Below are positions 1 to 13,289 of a stretch of 64,000 nucleotides of DNA, in pieces. How positions within the stretch are numbered: the first letter of the stretch is position 1; each line of letters opens with the position of its first letter. The DNA is from Spizellomyces punctatus DAOM BR117 (taxonomy: Eukaryota), in assembly GCA_000182565.2 (NCBI GenBank), contig KQ257455.1; one strand, given 5' to 3'. Position numbers and translations under genes: made by a program. The notes below the pieces were generated by a model. That model was given only the letters and a program-made list of their open reading frames with translations, was not told the DNA's origin and did not search any database.

Positions 1-2211
<2,211 letters not shown>

Positions 2212-2484
2212 GGTGGTTGGGATTGACATGGATTGATGTAGTGTGAAATCTTGCCATGTTTCTTGAGGGATTTATCTCGTAGATGAATTTTATGTCAATT
2301 GGATTCGTGCTGCCCTCCATTCCGGCTTGTGGCTTCAAATATCTTGAGAACATGAACACGAATCTAATTGTTCCACTCACATCCCCTTACGCATTTCCAA
2401 CATAAAATGACTAGGTACAAAAAAACTATACATGTAGGACTAGTCAAGCTTTCTCGAAGTATATATAGATCGGACTTCTACTCG

Positions 2485-3515
2485 CAACAGGGGGTTCTAA
2501 GGAGGCCGTCCGGACACATCTCCCATGTCTGGCGTAGCAAGGAGTTGGTTGTCGGACATCCCCTGCAAGGAGACCGTCCAAGGGGTCTGTCGCGTCCGCG
2601 CAGCAAGGGGTTTGGTCGTTCACGTCCACGACGCGTCTTGCCAGGAGGCCGTCCAACGGGTTTGTTTGTCGCCTCGGTAGACACAACACGTTCATCTCCC
2701 ATGTCTGGCGTAGTAAGCGGTTGGTTGTTCACGTACACGGACACCCCTTGCAAGGAGACCGTTCCAGGGGTTTGCCGCGTCCACGGTTCATGTCTGGCGT
2801 GGCAAGGGGTTTGGGACGTTCAAGGAGGCCATCCCAGGGGGCCGTGACGTCCGCGGAGCAACTAGCAAGGGGATTGACTGTTCAATAAAACCATTCAAGA
2901 GAAGGAATAGGATCGTCCCAATAGGCAACAGGTGTAAAGGTGCCGTCACCACCAGCAGCATCAACCCGTGATAACCAAGTAACCTATCATTTGAAAAACC
3001 CGGTCTCAGTCTGGATCTTGAAAGCGCTCATCGTCTTCTTCATCGTTGGTTTTTCGTTTGCCTTTGCCTTCTCAACGTCACGGACACGACACGTCCATCC
3101 TCCATGTCTGGCGTAGCAAGGAGTTAGTTGTCGGACACCCTTGCACGGACACGACGCGTTCATCTCCCATGGCTGAAGCAGCAAGGGGCTAGTTGTCGGA
3201 CACCCCCTGCAAGGAGGACGTGCAAGGGGTCTATCGCAAGGGCGTGGTTGCTCATGTCCACGACGCGCCTTGCAAGGAGGCCGTCCAAGGGGTCCGTCGC
3301 GTGCGCGTAGCAAGGGGTTTGGTTGTCGGACATCCCCTGCAAGGAGACCGTCCGTCCATCTTCCATGTCTGCCGTAGCAAGGGGTTTGGTCGCGCGTCGG
3401 TAGACACGACACGTCCATATCCCATGGCTGGCGTAGCAAGGGGTTTGGCTGTCACACCCCGTGCAAGGAGACCGTCCAAGGGGTTTGTCGCGTCCGGACA
3501 CGTCCATCCATCCTC
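2485..3515. repeat. Two blocks (about 2485-2875 and 3075-3515) of degenerate, shuffled GC-rich direct-repeat modules
   Basis: Recurring modules CATCTCCCATGTCTGGCGTAGCAAGGGG, GTTGTCGGACATCCCCTGCAAGGAGACCGTCCAAGGGG and CGTCGGTAGACACGACACGTCC, all in the same orientation; the overlapping ORFs in all frames are repeat artefacts. Confidence 0.9.
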
Positions 3516-3778
3516 CAAGTCCAGCGTACCAAATCTCACATCCACAACCAAGCCATCAAAGCAAACCTCACAAAAAATTAAAAAAACAAAACCAAGTATA
3601 TTGTTTACAAAAAGTTTTCAGCGCACACGACAAAAAAAACACAAAACTCGAGAACAGATCGGTAATGCATTCACCACAATTTCCTATAAACCCAACTCAC
3701 AAAACGAGATAAAATCATTAAGGGTACCAATAGGGTTTGATACACGGGTTTTGCTCATCAACATGTGAGATTCAAGTC

Positions 3779-6501
3779 TCACAGTTCAATCAAAGGGGCC
3801 TCTGGTTGGGGTGGAGGCGGGGCCTGCTGTACTACAGGTGCGGGAATGGGGTGCGTGGTGGGTGCGTACCCGACCGGTTGCTGGGGTGCATATGCCTGGG
3901 GCATGTATTGCTGTGGAGGGGTCGCCGGAGGTTGACCGTGCTGAGGCGCAAATGAATGCGTTGGTGGTTGTGTGTACGTATAAGTAGTGGGACCTGGAGC
4001 AGGTGGAGCTGCTGCTTGTTGTTGTGGTTGTGGTTGTTGCGGTGGTTGTTGTTGGGGTGGTGCAGTTTGCGGAGGGTAATTGGCTGGCGCAGCAGCTACA
4101 TCACCTGGTCCCGGAACGTGGGATGGAGCAAAGGAACCTTGGGGAAGCTGCTCAGCGTTCTGATTGGCGTAGTAAGGGGTAGCTCCAGGTTGCTGTTGTG
4201 GAATAGCGTCTACTGGGTACTGCTGAGGCGCCGGTGGTTGCTGATATATCACACCCTGCTGATTAGGATCATAATATTGGCCGGGAGCAACTCCAGGTGG
4301 AACAGATGGCAATTGCTGTTGCTGTGCATCCTGTGGTTGATTCGGGGCCGGCACAGACAGAGGCTGCTGAGGTGGCGATTGCGGTATATTCTGGTACTGG
4401 TCGGCAGCAATACCTGAAGGTTGCGGTTGCTGCGACGGATCTTGATAATTTTGGGGCGGCGCCATACCCGGCTGGCTTTGCGGATATTGTGCATACTGGT
4501 GAGGAAGCGTTCCAGCCGATGCCTGCGCATGAAGTTGAGGGTGCTCGGGTTGGGGTGCACCGCCATAATAACCGCCAGCCTGTCCAGGGGTAGGAGGTGC
4601 CCCATACCCCGGCGCATATGAGCTTGGTGCTGGCGGGGTGTTGTATCCAGCCGCAGGAGGCTGCGGTTGGTAGGAATTTGGCACAGGAGACTGTGTGTAT
4701 TGCTGGTACCCCCGCGGTCCAGCGACGTATGGTTGGGCGTACCCAGCCGCCGCAAGTCGCTCCTGGAGCATACGGTCATACTCTTTGGTGGCTGCAGTAA
4801 GCTGTTCATGCAAATCATAGAACGTCCCGTATTGCCGTGATGTCTCATCGAGATTACGCGCCAACTTTGGTTGCATTGTTGCAATTTGCGCATACAGTGT
4901 CTAAAGTAAGAACGGGGTGAGCATCCACGTAATGACTGACAATGACTACTCATGAAACGCACCTGAATCTGCGAATGACCAAGCACTCCCAACCCATGCG
5001 TCGCAACATCCGCCTCAGTTCGCTCAACAAGCTCCGAAAAGAGGCGGATATTCTCCAGCTCAACTGCACTCAGCTCGTTCGGGTTATATGCCGGAGGGCT
5101 TGATGCTGGTACCGAATCCCGACTCACGGGTTGTGAGACAGTTGCGTTCGATCCTGCAGGCGTCTTATATTCGTATGTTGGCCGATCGGCTGTATAATCT
5201 GACTTTACGTCCTGCAGTGATGCCGCTATAGCGGCCTTCAGATCCTCATCTTCCTCCTCATCACGCACGACAGGTTTAGGCTTCGGCTGTGTGACAGCTG
5301 CCGGCCGATATGAAGATTGAGATTTAGCCGCCTCCAGGGAGAGCGCAATGGCTCTTTGTATGTCTTCTTCCTCCTTCCTTGCGGCATCGTTGTCCCGAGG
5401 CATCGGCAAAGATGACGCCCTAGGTTGATGAGGAGTTCCCGGTGGCGACTTGGATGTCAGTTTTACATGGCATGTGTCACAGACACGCACTTCTTGCACA
5501 ATGCCTAGATGCGGCAGTGCAAGAGTCTTGGCCGAGCATTGTCCACAAAAAGTCTGTCCGCAATTTCGACAGTGGTGTTTTCGATTGAAAGTGGTAAACT
5601 GTGTCCGGCATCGCATGCACACATCGCTATCCGTCCATTCGGGTGCCTATACAAGCAACAAAATGAGCATCCATTGAATTTGACAGTATTGCGGGGTGTA
5701 GCACCTTACCGTAGTTGTTTCAATCATCGCTGCAGAAGATTCGGCCCTTTCGACTGGAGGGAATGTAACTCCTAAAATTGCAAACATTAGCAAATTCTAG
5801 GAGAAAGTAGTATGATGTTACGAATGCCTACCGTCTTGCTTGAGAGATTCGTAAACTTCAGTAACGTATCGGAGATCCGATTTAGCTTTAAATGCCAAAC
5901 CCCACGACTGTATCAGCGCCAAAATCTTTTGCCGTACGTCGGGATTGGTTCCAATCTACCATGCGTCGACATGCTGTTACTATGCATTCATTTCAAACGC
6001 TTCCAGCTTGTTCATCATGCTTACCGGTGCTCGTGCAATTGACACAAGATTGTCTGTAAATTCCCGAGAGGCAACTTCTTGAACGAAATGGTGCCCAGAG
6101 TTTTTGACACAAGTGTCTGTGAGCTAACAACGTACGACAAACAAGCCAGTGAGTCTTTACGCGCGACGGAGCCATTGACCGTTCATTTTTCGTTCAATAC
6201 AAACCTTTAATGCGAGTAATTGAACGTTTGGATTCTTGTGGTTCACCCGTCTCTTCAGACTTTGCACAGCTTGCTTTGCAGATACTTCTTTAGCCTTGAT
6301 TTTATCCGCAATTTCCAAATTTAGGACAAGGTCTTCGGTTCCGATAGGTAGGTTTTCGGAAGTGGCTTTGTCTAATGCACGTAAGTTCATTAAACAACCA
6401 TCATTAAAATTCCAAGTAGGTGACACCTCAATGAGCACCACACATGAATTGATATTCTTACCGACAGCTTCGTCAAGTGGATTCGAGAAAAAGAAGGACA
6501 T
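3779..6501 (-). CDS. VPS27: Vps27/Hrs ESCRT-0 subunit (VHS, FYVE, two UIMs, P/Q-rich tail)
   Basis: VHS ([30 protein letters not shown]), FYVE ([29 protein letters not shown]), UIMs ([26 protein letters not shown]), C-terminal PLIEL clathrin box. Confidence 0.95.
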
Positions 6502-6802
6502 TTGCTTTGAAATCACAGCCAACAGAAACTGATAGAGAAGAGAAACAATAGCCTACGCAAGGAAAACGGTGTACAAAACGAAATGGTAAAACAGGAATAA
6601 AAGCAAGGGCTGCCAGTTGAAAATGAGATGTGTAGATGAGCAGCGCTTTTGGTGGGGAAACCTTGCAGGGGAGGGGCTGACTGCCACACTTGGCGTCTGA
6701 GTAATCAAACCACGGTTATATTTTGCACTGGAATGCGCAGCCAATGTGATGTCTAACTGGGCATTAATGAAATGTTATCGTTCACAAGGATTTGTGGACT
6801 AT

Positions 6803-8288
6803 CTACAATTTTGCCTTTTTGCGAGCATCCTGAAGAACACCGTCCAATTTCTAAAGGGAGGAAAGCAATCTTAGCGTTGGTGTTCAAATCTTTAATTCAT
6901 ACAGTTTTTGAAAAACTCACCATGGCCAACATCATTTGACCCTTTACTTTAATCTTTCCGCTCATAAACAGCTTCTGGGCATTTGCTTTTCCCATGGCCA
7001 AATTGACAAAATCGTCATCAGCAATGAGAATGGTGGCATCGGCTTTAGCAGGTGCGGCACCAGCTCCAACTTGGCCCTGGCCATTTTTGAGGTCAATGTA
7101 CCAAGAGGTAGACTTGCCCTCAGAGTTGGTCACGTCAAATTGGAAAACGGCTTTCACCTAAAGAGAATGTACAGTTTGGTTACCATCTTGAGATTGCCAA
7201 GACGTGCGTACGAAAACAGATTAAAAACGCACCTTTTGCACACGTGCCTTCCTGTCCTGCTCAGAACCAGCTTCGATTCCGGCTTTCAAGGTTTCAAAAA
7301 TCTGGCTAGCCTTGAAACCAGGTACTGCCACTCCACCAGTCGCACCACCAGACGATGCGCTGCCGCTACCAGCATCAGCACCCTCCACGCCGACCAGTTC
7401 GACAGCAGCATTGGAAATGGCAAGAACGTCGCGCTCCACAACGCGGACCTGGAAGATGATCTTGTTTCCTTCCTTCCACATCTCTGTCTGAAGAGTCTCA
7501 CCAGGGAAGACGTGCTTGCTGAACCGGACTTTGATGTTTTTGAATTTAGTAGCATCCGAGTTGGCAAATGTCTTCAGCACGTGCTTGCCAGCGATACCAA
7601 AACTGCAAAGTCCGTGCAGAATAGGTACTTCAAAACCACCGATACTGCTCATTTGAGGATCAATGTGCAATGGGTTGGTGTCTCCGCTCAATCGGTACAA
7701 CGCAGCTTGGTTTTCCGTGGTCTTTTCCTTGACCACAGCATCGGGAGCGCGATTTGGGGGTTCGTTCGACGCGGTAGCTGCACCCCTGTCCTTTGGCGTC
7801 TTTGAGCCAACACCCTTTACGCCACGAATAAAGTTTGAAAACTCATTGTAGCAGATGACGTTGCCCTGCTCGTCTTTCGTGGTGGTGCCCATAATCACAA
7901 CACAGCCTTTTCCTTTGTCAAGAATATCCACAATCTTGCCAGTTGTGGTGAGCGTCCCAGAGGTAGGAATAGGGCTGTGAAGTTCAAGGAATTGCTCGCC
8001 GTGAAGCAGGAGCATCTAAATTGCAAAAGGTGAGCAAATTAAAGTTGTTGAATAACAGTCGTAACTCTGACATACGGGGTTAAAGTTGGGAATAAAGTCA
8101 CCAAAGGGCGTGTTCATCATGGTCGAGAACGGAGGTACAACGCCAAAAGTAGGCAGTGCGCTAAAGTTCTCGCTGTTCTCGTACACCCATTGCAGCTCTT
8201 CTCTAGTTGCTCCAACTCCCAGAGCGTAGAGGATGAGGTCCCTCTCGGTGTACTCGAATGTTTCAGGGCCAAAGGTCTGGTCGGTCAT
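6803..8288 (-). CDS. Peroxisomal 2-enoyl-CoA hydratase 2 (MaoC double hot-dog) fused to SCP2 domain, PTS1 AKL
   Basis: YTERDLILYALGVG, LLHGEQ and the hydratase-2 motif YRLSGDTNPLHIDP..ILHGLC; SCP2 exon (WYIDLKNG..AQKLFMSGKIKVKG); last exon reads KLDGVLQDARKKAKL*. Confidence 0.92.
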
Positions 8289-8671
8289 ATTGCTCAAGAG
8301 TTTAAAACCAAAAAGGTAAACGTGCCTAATGGGAATGCGAGAGAGATGAGGAGGAGGAGGAGAACGGACGAAAAACAAACAACGAAAGGCTTCTTGGGAG
8401 ACATCGCGATCTGGTGGCACAGCACTGGCACATGACACTTTCATTTAGACGCATTTGGTAATTGCATGTGAAAGGATCAAAAAGGAACACTTCCAAGTCT
8501 TTTGTTTTTATTCGTCCATCTGACAATGAAGCGATATCCCCGCCATCCCATTCCAATTCAAAAGCAAGAAGAAAGTATTTTATGCATTCGTAACGTTTCT
8601 TTCCATGTGTATTGTAATCACCATCCAGTCATACAAGCGGCCCGTACTATATCACCATATCTATGCACAGC

Positions 8672-10056
8672 TTACATCCTTGGTGCCGGCCCAATCAATG
8701 CATTAGACCCTTTCAAAGCTTGAATGGCTCCAGAAATCATCTCGTCCACAATCTCCTTGGCTGGCTTGACGTCCTCAATTGCACCCGCGACTTGTCCCAT
8801 CAACAAAGGACGGTACTTTATCAAGAGAGATGGATCAGCATCGTCTCCTCCTCGTTTGCTCCGTTCTTCAACATCGTGTTGGGCGGGAATGATGCCCTTT
8901 GAGGTGAGGTCGCGGATCTCGTTTTGCTTGTATTGTTCCCATCTAAGTAGAATTGCGTTAGCATAGGCTAATTCATAACTTTCCACGACTTTGAAAGGAT
9001 TTCACGCACTCATCAATGTATTCATTTCGAAGGACACGCAGTGGACGGCCGGTGAAAATGATGGTGCGGACAGTGTCGTGATAGCCTGCATCGACGATCG
9101 CCTTTTGGTGTCGCGGGGGAGCACCAGCCTCTGTTGCGCAGACAAAACGCGTTCCGACCCAGACGGCATCCGCTCCAAAGCAGAGCGACATGGCTAAACC
9201 GCGCCCGTCGTAAATACCGCCAGCGGCCACAACGGACACGGGAAGGCCTGTCAGAGGCGACTTGTGCTTGCGGCAGATGCTGCAGATTGTACAAAGGATC
9301 AGCTTTACGCGCAATCAACGGTACTAGGTAGGTAGGGAGATGGAGGCTTACTCTACTACTTTTGGGATGAGGATACTAGTTGCAACGTCGCCTAATGTGA
9401 TCAAGCAAGAAAGTAATGCGTCAGTCCCCATAGCTTTCAAAATCTTGTTTGACGACGAAAGAAACTTACCAGTATGACCACCGCCCTCACCACCCTGTGC
9501 ACAGATGATATCTACTCCAGCCGCCAGCGCCTTTTCAACATGCTTTGGAGCACCAATCATGTTCATCACGGGGATCCCCGCCTTGTGCAGCTTGTCGACA
9601 ATCTCCTTTGGTGGGACACCAACAGCCGATACAAAAAGCTTGGCCCCAGACTCGATGATGATATCGATCAATTCGGGAAGTTGGCCATGGGTGTAATCGT
9701 AATTGGTTTTACGTGCATTTCCACCCACTTGTGGGAGGAGAAGGTCAATGCCGAATGGGAGATTGGGCGATGTCAAGTTTTCCTGGTTATTTTTAAAGTA
9801 AACCAAATTTTAAAAGAGTCTAAATGTGTAGTTTTTTACAAACGTCAAAAGTTGCCACTATTTTTACCTTTAGAACGCCAATCTGCTGCTTTAAAAACTC
9901 TGGCGTATAACCCAATCCACCAATAACGCCCAAACCACCAGCGTTCGACACTGCAGCTGCCAGTTCTGGGCCTGCTGCCACATTCATTCCGGCCAGCAGA
10001 ATCGGGTGTTTGATCCCAAAGAGTTTGGTTATCGGTGTGGTGATTGTCTCTGGCAT
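8672..10056 (-). CDS. Nitronate monooxygenase / 2-nitropropane dioxygenase (FabK-like) FMN TIM-barrel flavoprotein
   Basis: IKHPILLAGM..PELAAAVSNAGGLGVIG, AQGGEGGGHTG, VVAAGGIYDGRGLA..GADAVWVGTRF, LMGQVAGAI; ends GPAPRM*. Confidence 0.92.
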
Positions 10057-10079
10057 CTTGTCCAAGATGTTGTTTAATC

Positions 10080-10081
<2 letters not shown>

Positions 10082-10110
<29 letters not shown>
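10082..10110. repeat. (GT)n microsatellite just upstream of the NMO start codon
   Basis: Perfect GT dinucleotide run. Confidence 0.95.
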
Positions 10111-10112
<2 letters not shown>

Positions 10113-10987
10113 CTGACAAGTCCTGTGTAGGGAAGAAACACTTTCCAGTGTGCTTTTATGTCAAAACGCTCTAGTCGCGTGACAAACAATGCACATGTTG
10201 AGCGGTTATTTATTTCAACCATTTTGTTGTGTTGTAAAGGAGGGGAGGCTTTCCTCTGTATACAAGTGTTACTCTCTCAAGAAGAATGGGTGGCCCCTCT
10301 TACACGTTGTAATTGGACTCTTAGTGCGGACGCGGATGCGGATCTACTACGAGTACGACTAGAACAAGTAAACTCTTCTCTTGCCACTGGTCTGGTGATT
10401 ATAACACACAAGTGCCCTCATAGCCAACATGGAAATCAGTGCGTAATGACAAACAGGTGTAAATAAACTCTAAACCCATGTTCTCTAGTCTCCTGTAACC
10501 ACACCGTAACCATTGCAAATGCTCGTGAAATCCAAAAATTAAATGCTGCATATCAAATTCCAAATGTTTCTTCCTTTATTAGTGAATTCATCCTTCTTTA
10601 TAACAAAAGAAAGTGAGGGATCCAAAAATTGACAACTCCACGTTGTGACGCTCACACACAGGACTCTTTAGTAAAAGGCGAAAGGGTCATTTGATCTGTG
10701 TCAACGTCGTGGAGGACTGAAGAAATCAGAGGGGGGAACGGGAAGCGTCGCCTTTTTATAGCCGAGAGGAATGGCGCAAGGGGCACAGCATCGGAAATTT
10801 AGTGGCCTATTGATTGGTTGTTGTTGTTGGCGGGGCAACTCGTTTTTTCATTTTTCACGGGCGCAGCAACCCAGTGCCCAGCCACCTGCGCCATGGCTTT
10901 GACATTAGCACACCCACACACCGACCAGCCAGAATGAACAAATGTCAGCCATACAAGCAATCTATCCAATGACAGTAATGGATATTC

Positions 10988-11698
10988 CTAAAACACGACA
11001 TTGACGGTACGGTTGCCGTTGAGCAACTTTTCAATTACAAAGACCTCCAGCAGCCCTGCCAGAACAACAAGGGCAACTTCTCCTCCACCAAACCAAAAGA
11101 TCCTCGCCTGTGTACTTTTCACAGTATCAAAGTGTCGATTCTCCCTTGTTCTGAAATATTTCTGCATGCGTTGTATTCCATTGAGGGCACCGTTGAGGTT
11201 ACCAACGCTGTCGTCCAGACCTTTAACGTGTTGCTCTGCGGTCGCCTTGAGTACAGTAAACTCATTTTCAGACGAAATGTCAAGGTCGATGGTTTTCTGA
11301 GAAAATGTGGACATTGTATTCGAGAAGCAAAAGGCATGTTCGCCCGGTTGTTTGGCAGAAAAGATGAAATCGCCCTGCCGTTCCTTGCGGCCATTCAAGA
11401 TGCGATTGCCTGCAGGGCCCGTCACTTCATAGTCAATGTCAAAGGAGCCGCCCGCTTGAACCTTTCAAAAAAAAAAAAAAAAAAGAGTGCATATGGGACC
11501 TATCCCGTTTGCGTTTGGAGATTTGGGCCTAGGGCCTACCGCAAAGTAAAAGCCAATCTTTTCTCCTTCACGACTCGCTTGGGTGTAAAAGCATGCCCGT
11601 TCGTGAGGCGCCATTGAATACGTCAAGGCCGTTGCAGCTACTCTCCCATCGGGCCATGCAAACAGAATTGCCAAGAGTAAAATCACACTTGTCTTCAT
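10988..11698 (-). CDS. p24/EMP24-GP25L family GOLD-domain cargo receptor
   Basis: Signal peptide, ERACFY..GEKIGFYFAV|QAGGSFDID, FCFSNTMSTFSQK, RTRENRHFDTVKST, C-terminal TM helix. Confidence 0.92.
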
Positions 11699-12125
11699 CT
11701 TCCTGGTTTGCGGCACACCACGCTGTCTGTGCGTCTGCTACCAACTCCCCAACAAAGAATTAGGCGTGACATCACCAACCGGTTCAAATCGTTCTATAAA
11801 TCCAAACGATCCAGATCTAATAATATCACGTGAAGATGAGTCAGCCGATCGCGCTTCCGATGCTCGCGCGATTTTCACACTTCATGGCGGATTGATACCA
11901 GTGTTCTTTTTTTTTTTTTTTTGGTTTGGGGATGTTGCTGGCTGAATGTGGGGTATTAGGGTTAGGGCTTGTATCGTCCCCCAGCCGGCGCCTGCTAGCG
12001 AACAAGGGCTTTTTATCGGAACGAATGACATCTAGTGTGGTGTTCTCTGGATCTTTAGCATTTCGGTAGCTCTCCAATTTCGGCATTTGCCGTAGGCAAC
12101 TCTTTCAACAACAAAGGTCCACGCC

Positions 12126-13110
12126 ATGGCCTTTCATCCAAGCTTACTTGAACCGATATTATCTTTTATCATTGTGCTTGGTTACCATGTCTGGCTTGTA
12201 TACTCTGTCATTGCGGCCCCTGAAAGCACAGTTATTGGTTTAACAAGGTATATTTGAGAATACTCTTTTGGAACTCGCCGGTTTTGTGTGTTAGGACTTA
12301 ACTCCCTTGTGTAGAAACGCGCGGAGAAAATGGTGCTATGTGATTGCACAAAAGAAAGATGGTGTATTGTGCGTTCAAACACTTCGGAACTGGTACGTTG
12401 ATTGCAGATCTAGCGGGAACAAGAACTAGTCAACTTATTTGAACGGCTTTTTGATCATCAGGTTGATGGCGTCCTCGTTGCTGGCAACGGTTTCCGTCAG
12501 TCTCGTGGTTGGTTTGGCTGCATTCATGGGCCAACGCTCCCGAATGTCCGCATTCCCTGAAACCGACGACGGAGTCAGAGTCAAATGGAAAATAAGTATG
12601 TCTTGATTTCATTCCAGTCCGTTGACATTATAATCAAATTAACAAAAACATGTCGTTGGTTCAGTCATTCTAATGTCCTGCTTTGCGAGCTCATTCTTTT
12701 GCTTCACCCAGTCCATGCGATACTTTATCCACGTTGGGTTCTTCGCCACCGCCGCATTTGCCCTTCCTCCCCAATTCCCACCATACAATCCCCTGACACA
12801 CGGCCCCGTTTCGTTACCGAATGCGAATGGAGACAGTGCTTACTCTGAAGCCAACGGAAATGGCGTGGCAGTGGAAGAAGGAGAGGACTCACTCTCGCGG
12901 GACGTTAGAACTCTTGCGAGTTTGCTCAATTTGGGTGGGCTCTTCCATACATTGGGTTTACGAGGCTTTTATTTGACATTCCCTGTGATTTTGTGGTTGT
13001 TTGGGCAATGGCTACTCTTGGCGAGTACCATCGTGCTCGTTATGGTATTGGTTATGTTGGATGTCAACTTTGCATTCTTTTACGGGCGGCGAGGAAGAAT
13101 TCGCATATGA
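12126..13110 (+). CDS. DUF599-family membrane protein
   Basis: N-terminal GYHVWL..PESTVIG, a VQTLRN motif, FFCFTQSMRYFIHVGF and FHTLGLRGFYLTFPVILWLFG, all matching DUF599 motifs. Confidence 0.8.
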
Positions 13111-13289
13111 CAGAATGCGTGGCGTGTAACGTTTGCAGGACCAGGTAGAAACAGTTGCAGATGGGGGCACTGGGTTCAAGAATAGGCTGTAACATATTGT
13201 ATGGGTATCCCATTCGCATTAAATCATTAATCATTCATAATTTCATTACATCCAACATCGATGCATCGCACGATGGCCTTGAGATACCT

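Noticed and set aside
2438-2472. Minus-strand A-TC...CTAG-T resembling Helitron termini
   Set aside because: Spans only about 30 nt, does not enclose the repeat array and lacks a subterminal hairpin
2368-3768. Numerous overlapping ORFs in the repeat region, and a CRISPR-like reading of the array
   Set aside because: ORFs are open in many frames because of GC-rich repeats; there is no constant repeat with unique spacers, no cas genes, and the context is eukaryotic
6936-7805. 289-aa plus-strand ORF and other long antisense ORFs (for example 52122-52877, 46429-46833)
   Set aside because: Shadow ORFs opposite well-supported genes
10321-10345. TAGTGCGGA, which resembles my recollection of a chytrid Fanzor element end
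   Set aside because: Only about 9 nt, with no matching opposite end, no scaffold and no Fanzor/TnpB ORF in the window; the recollection itself is unverified
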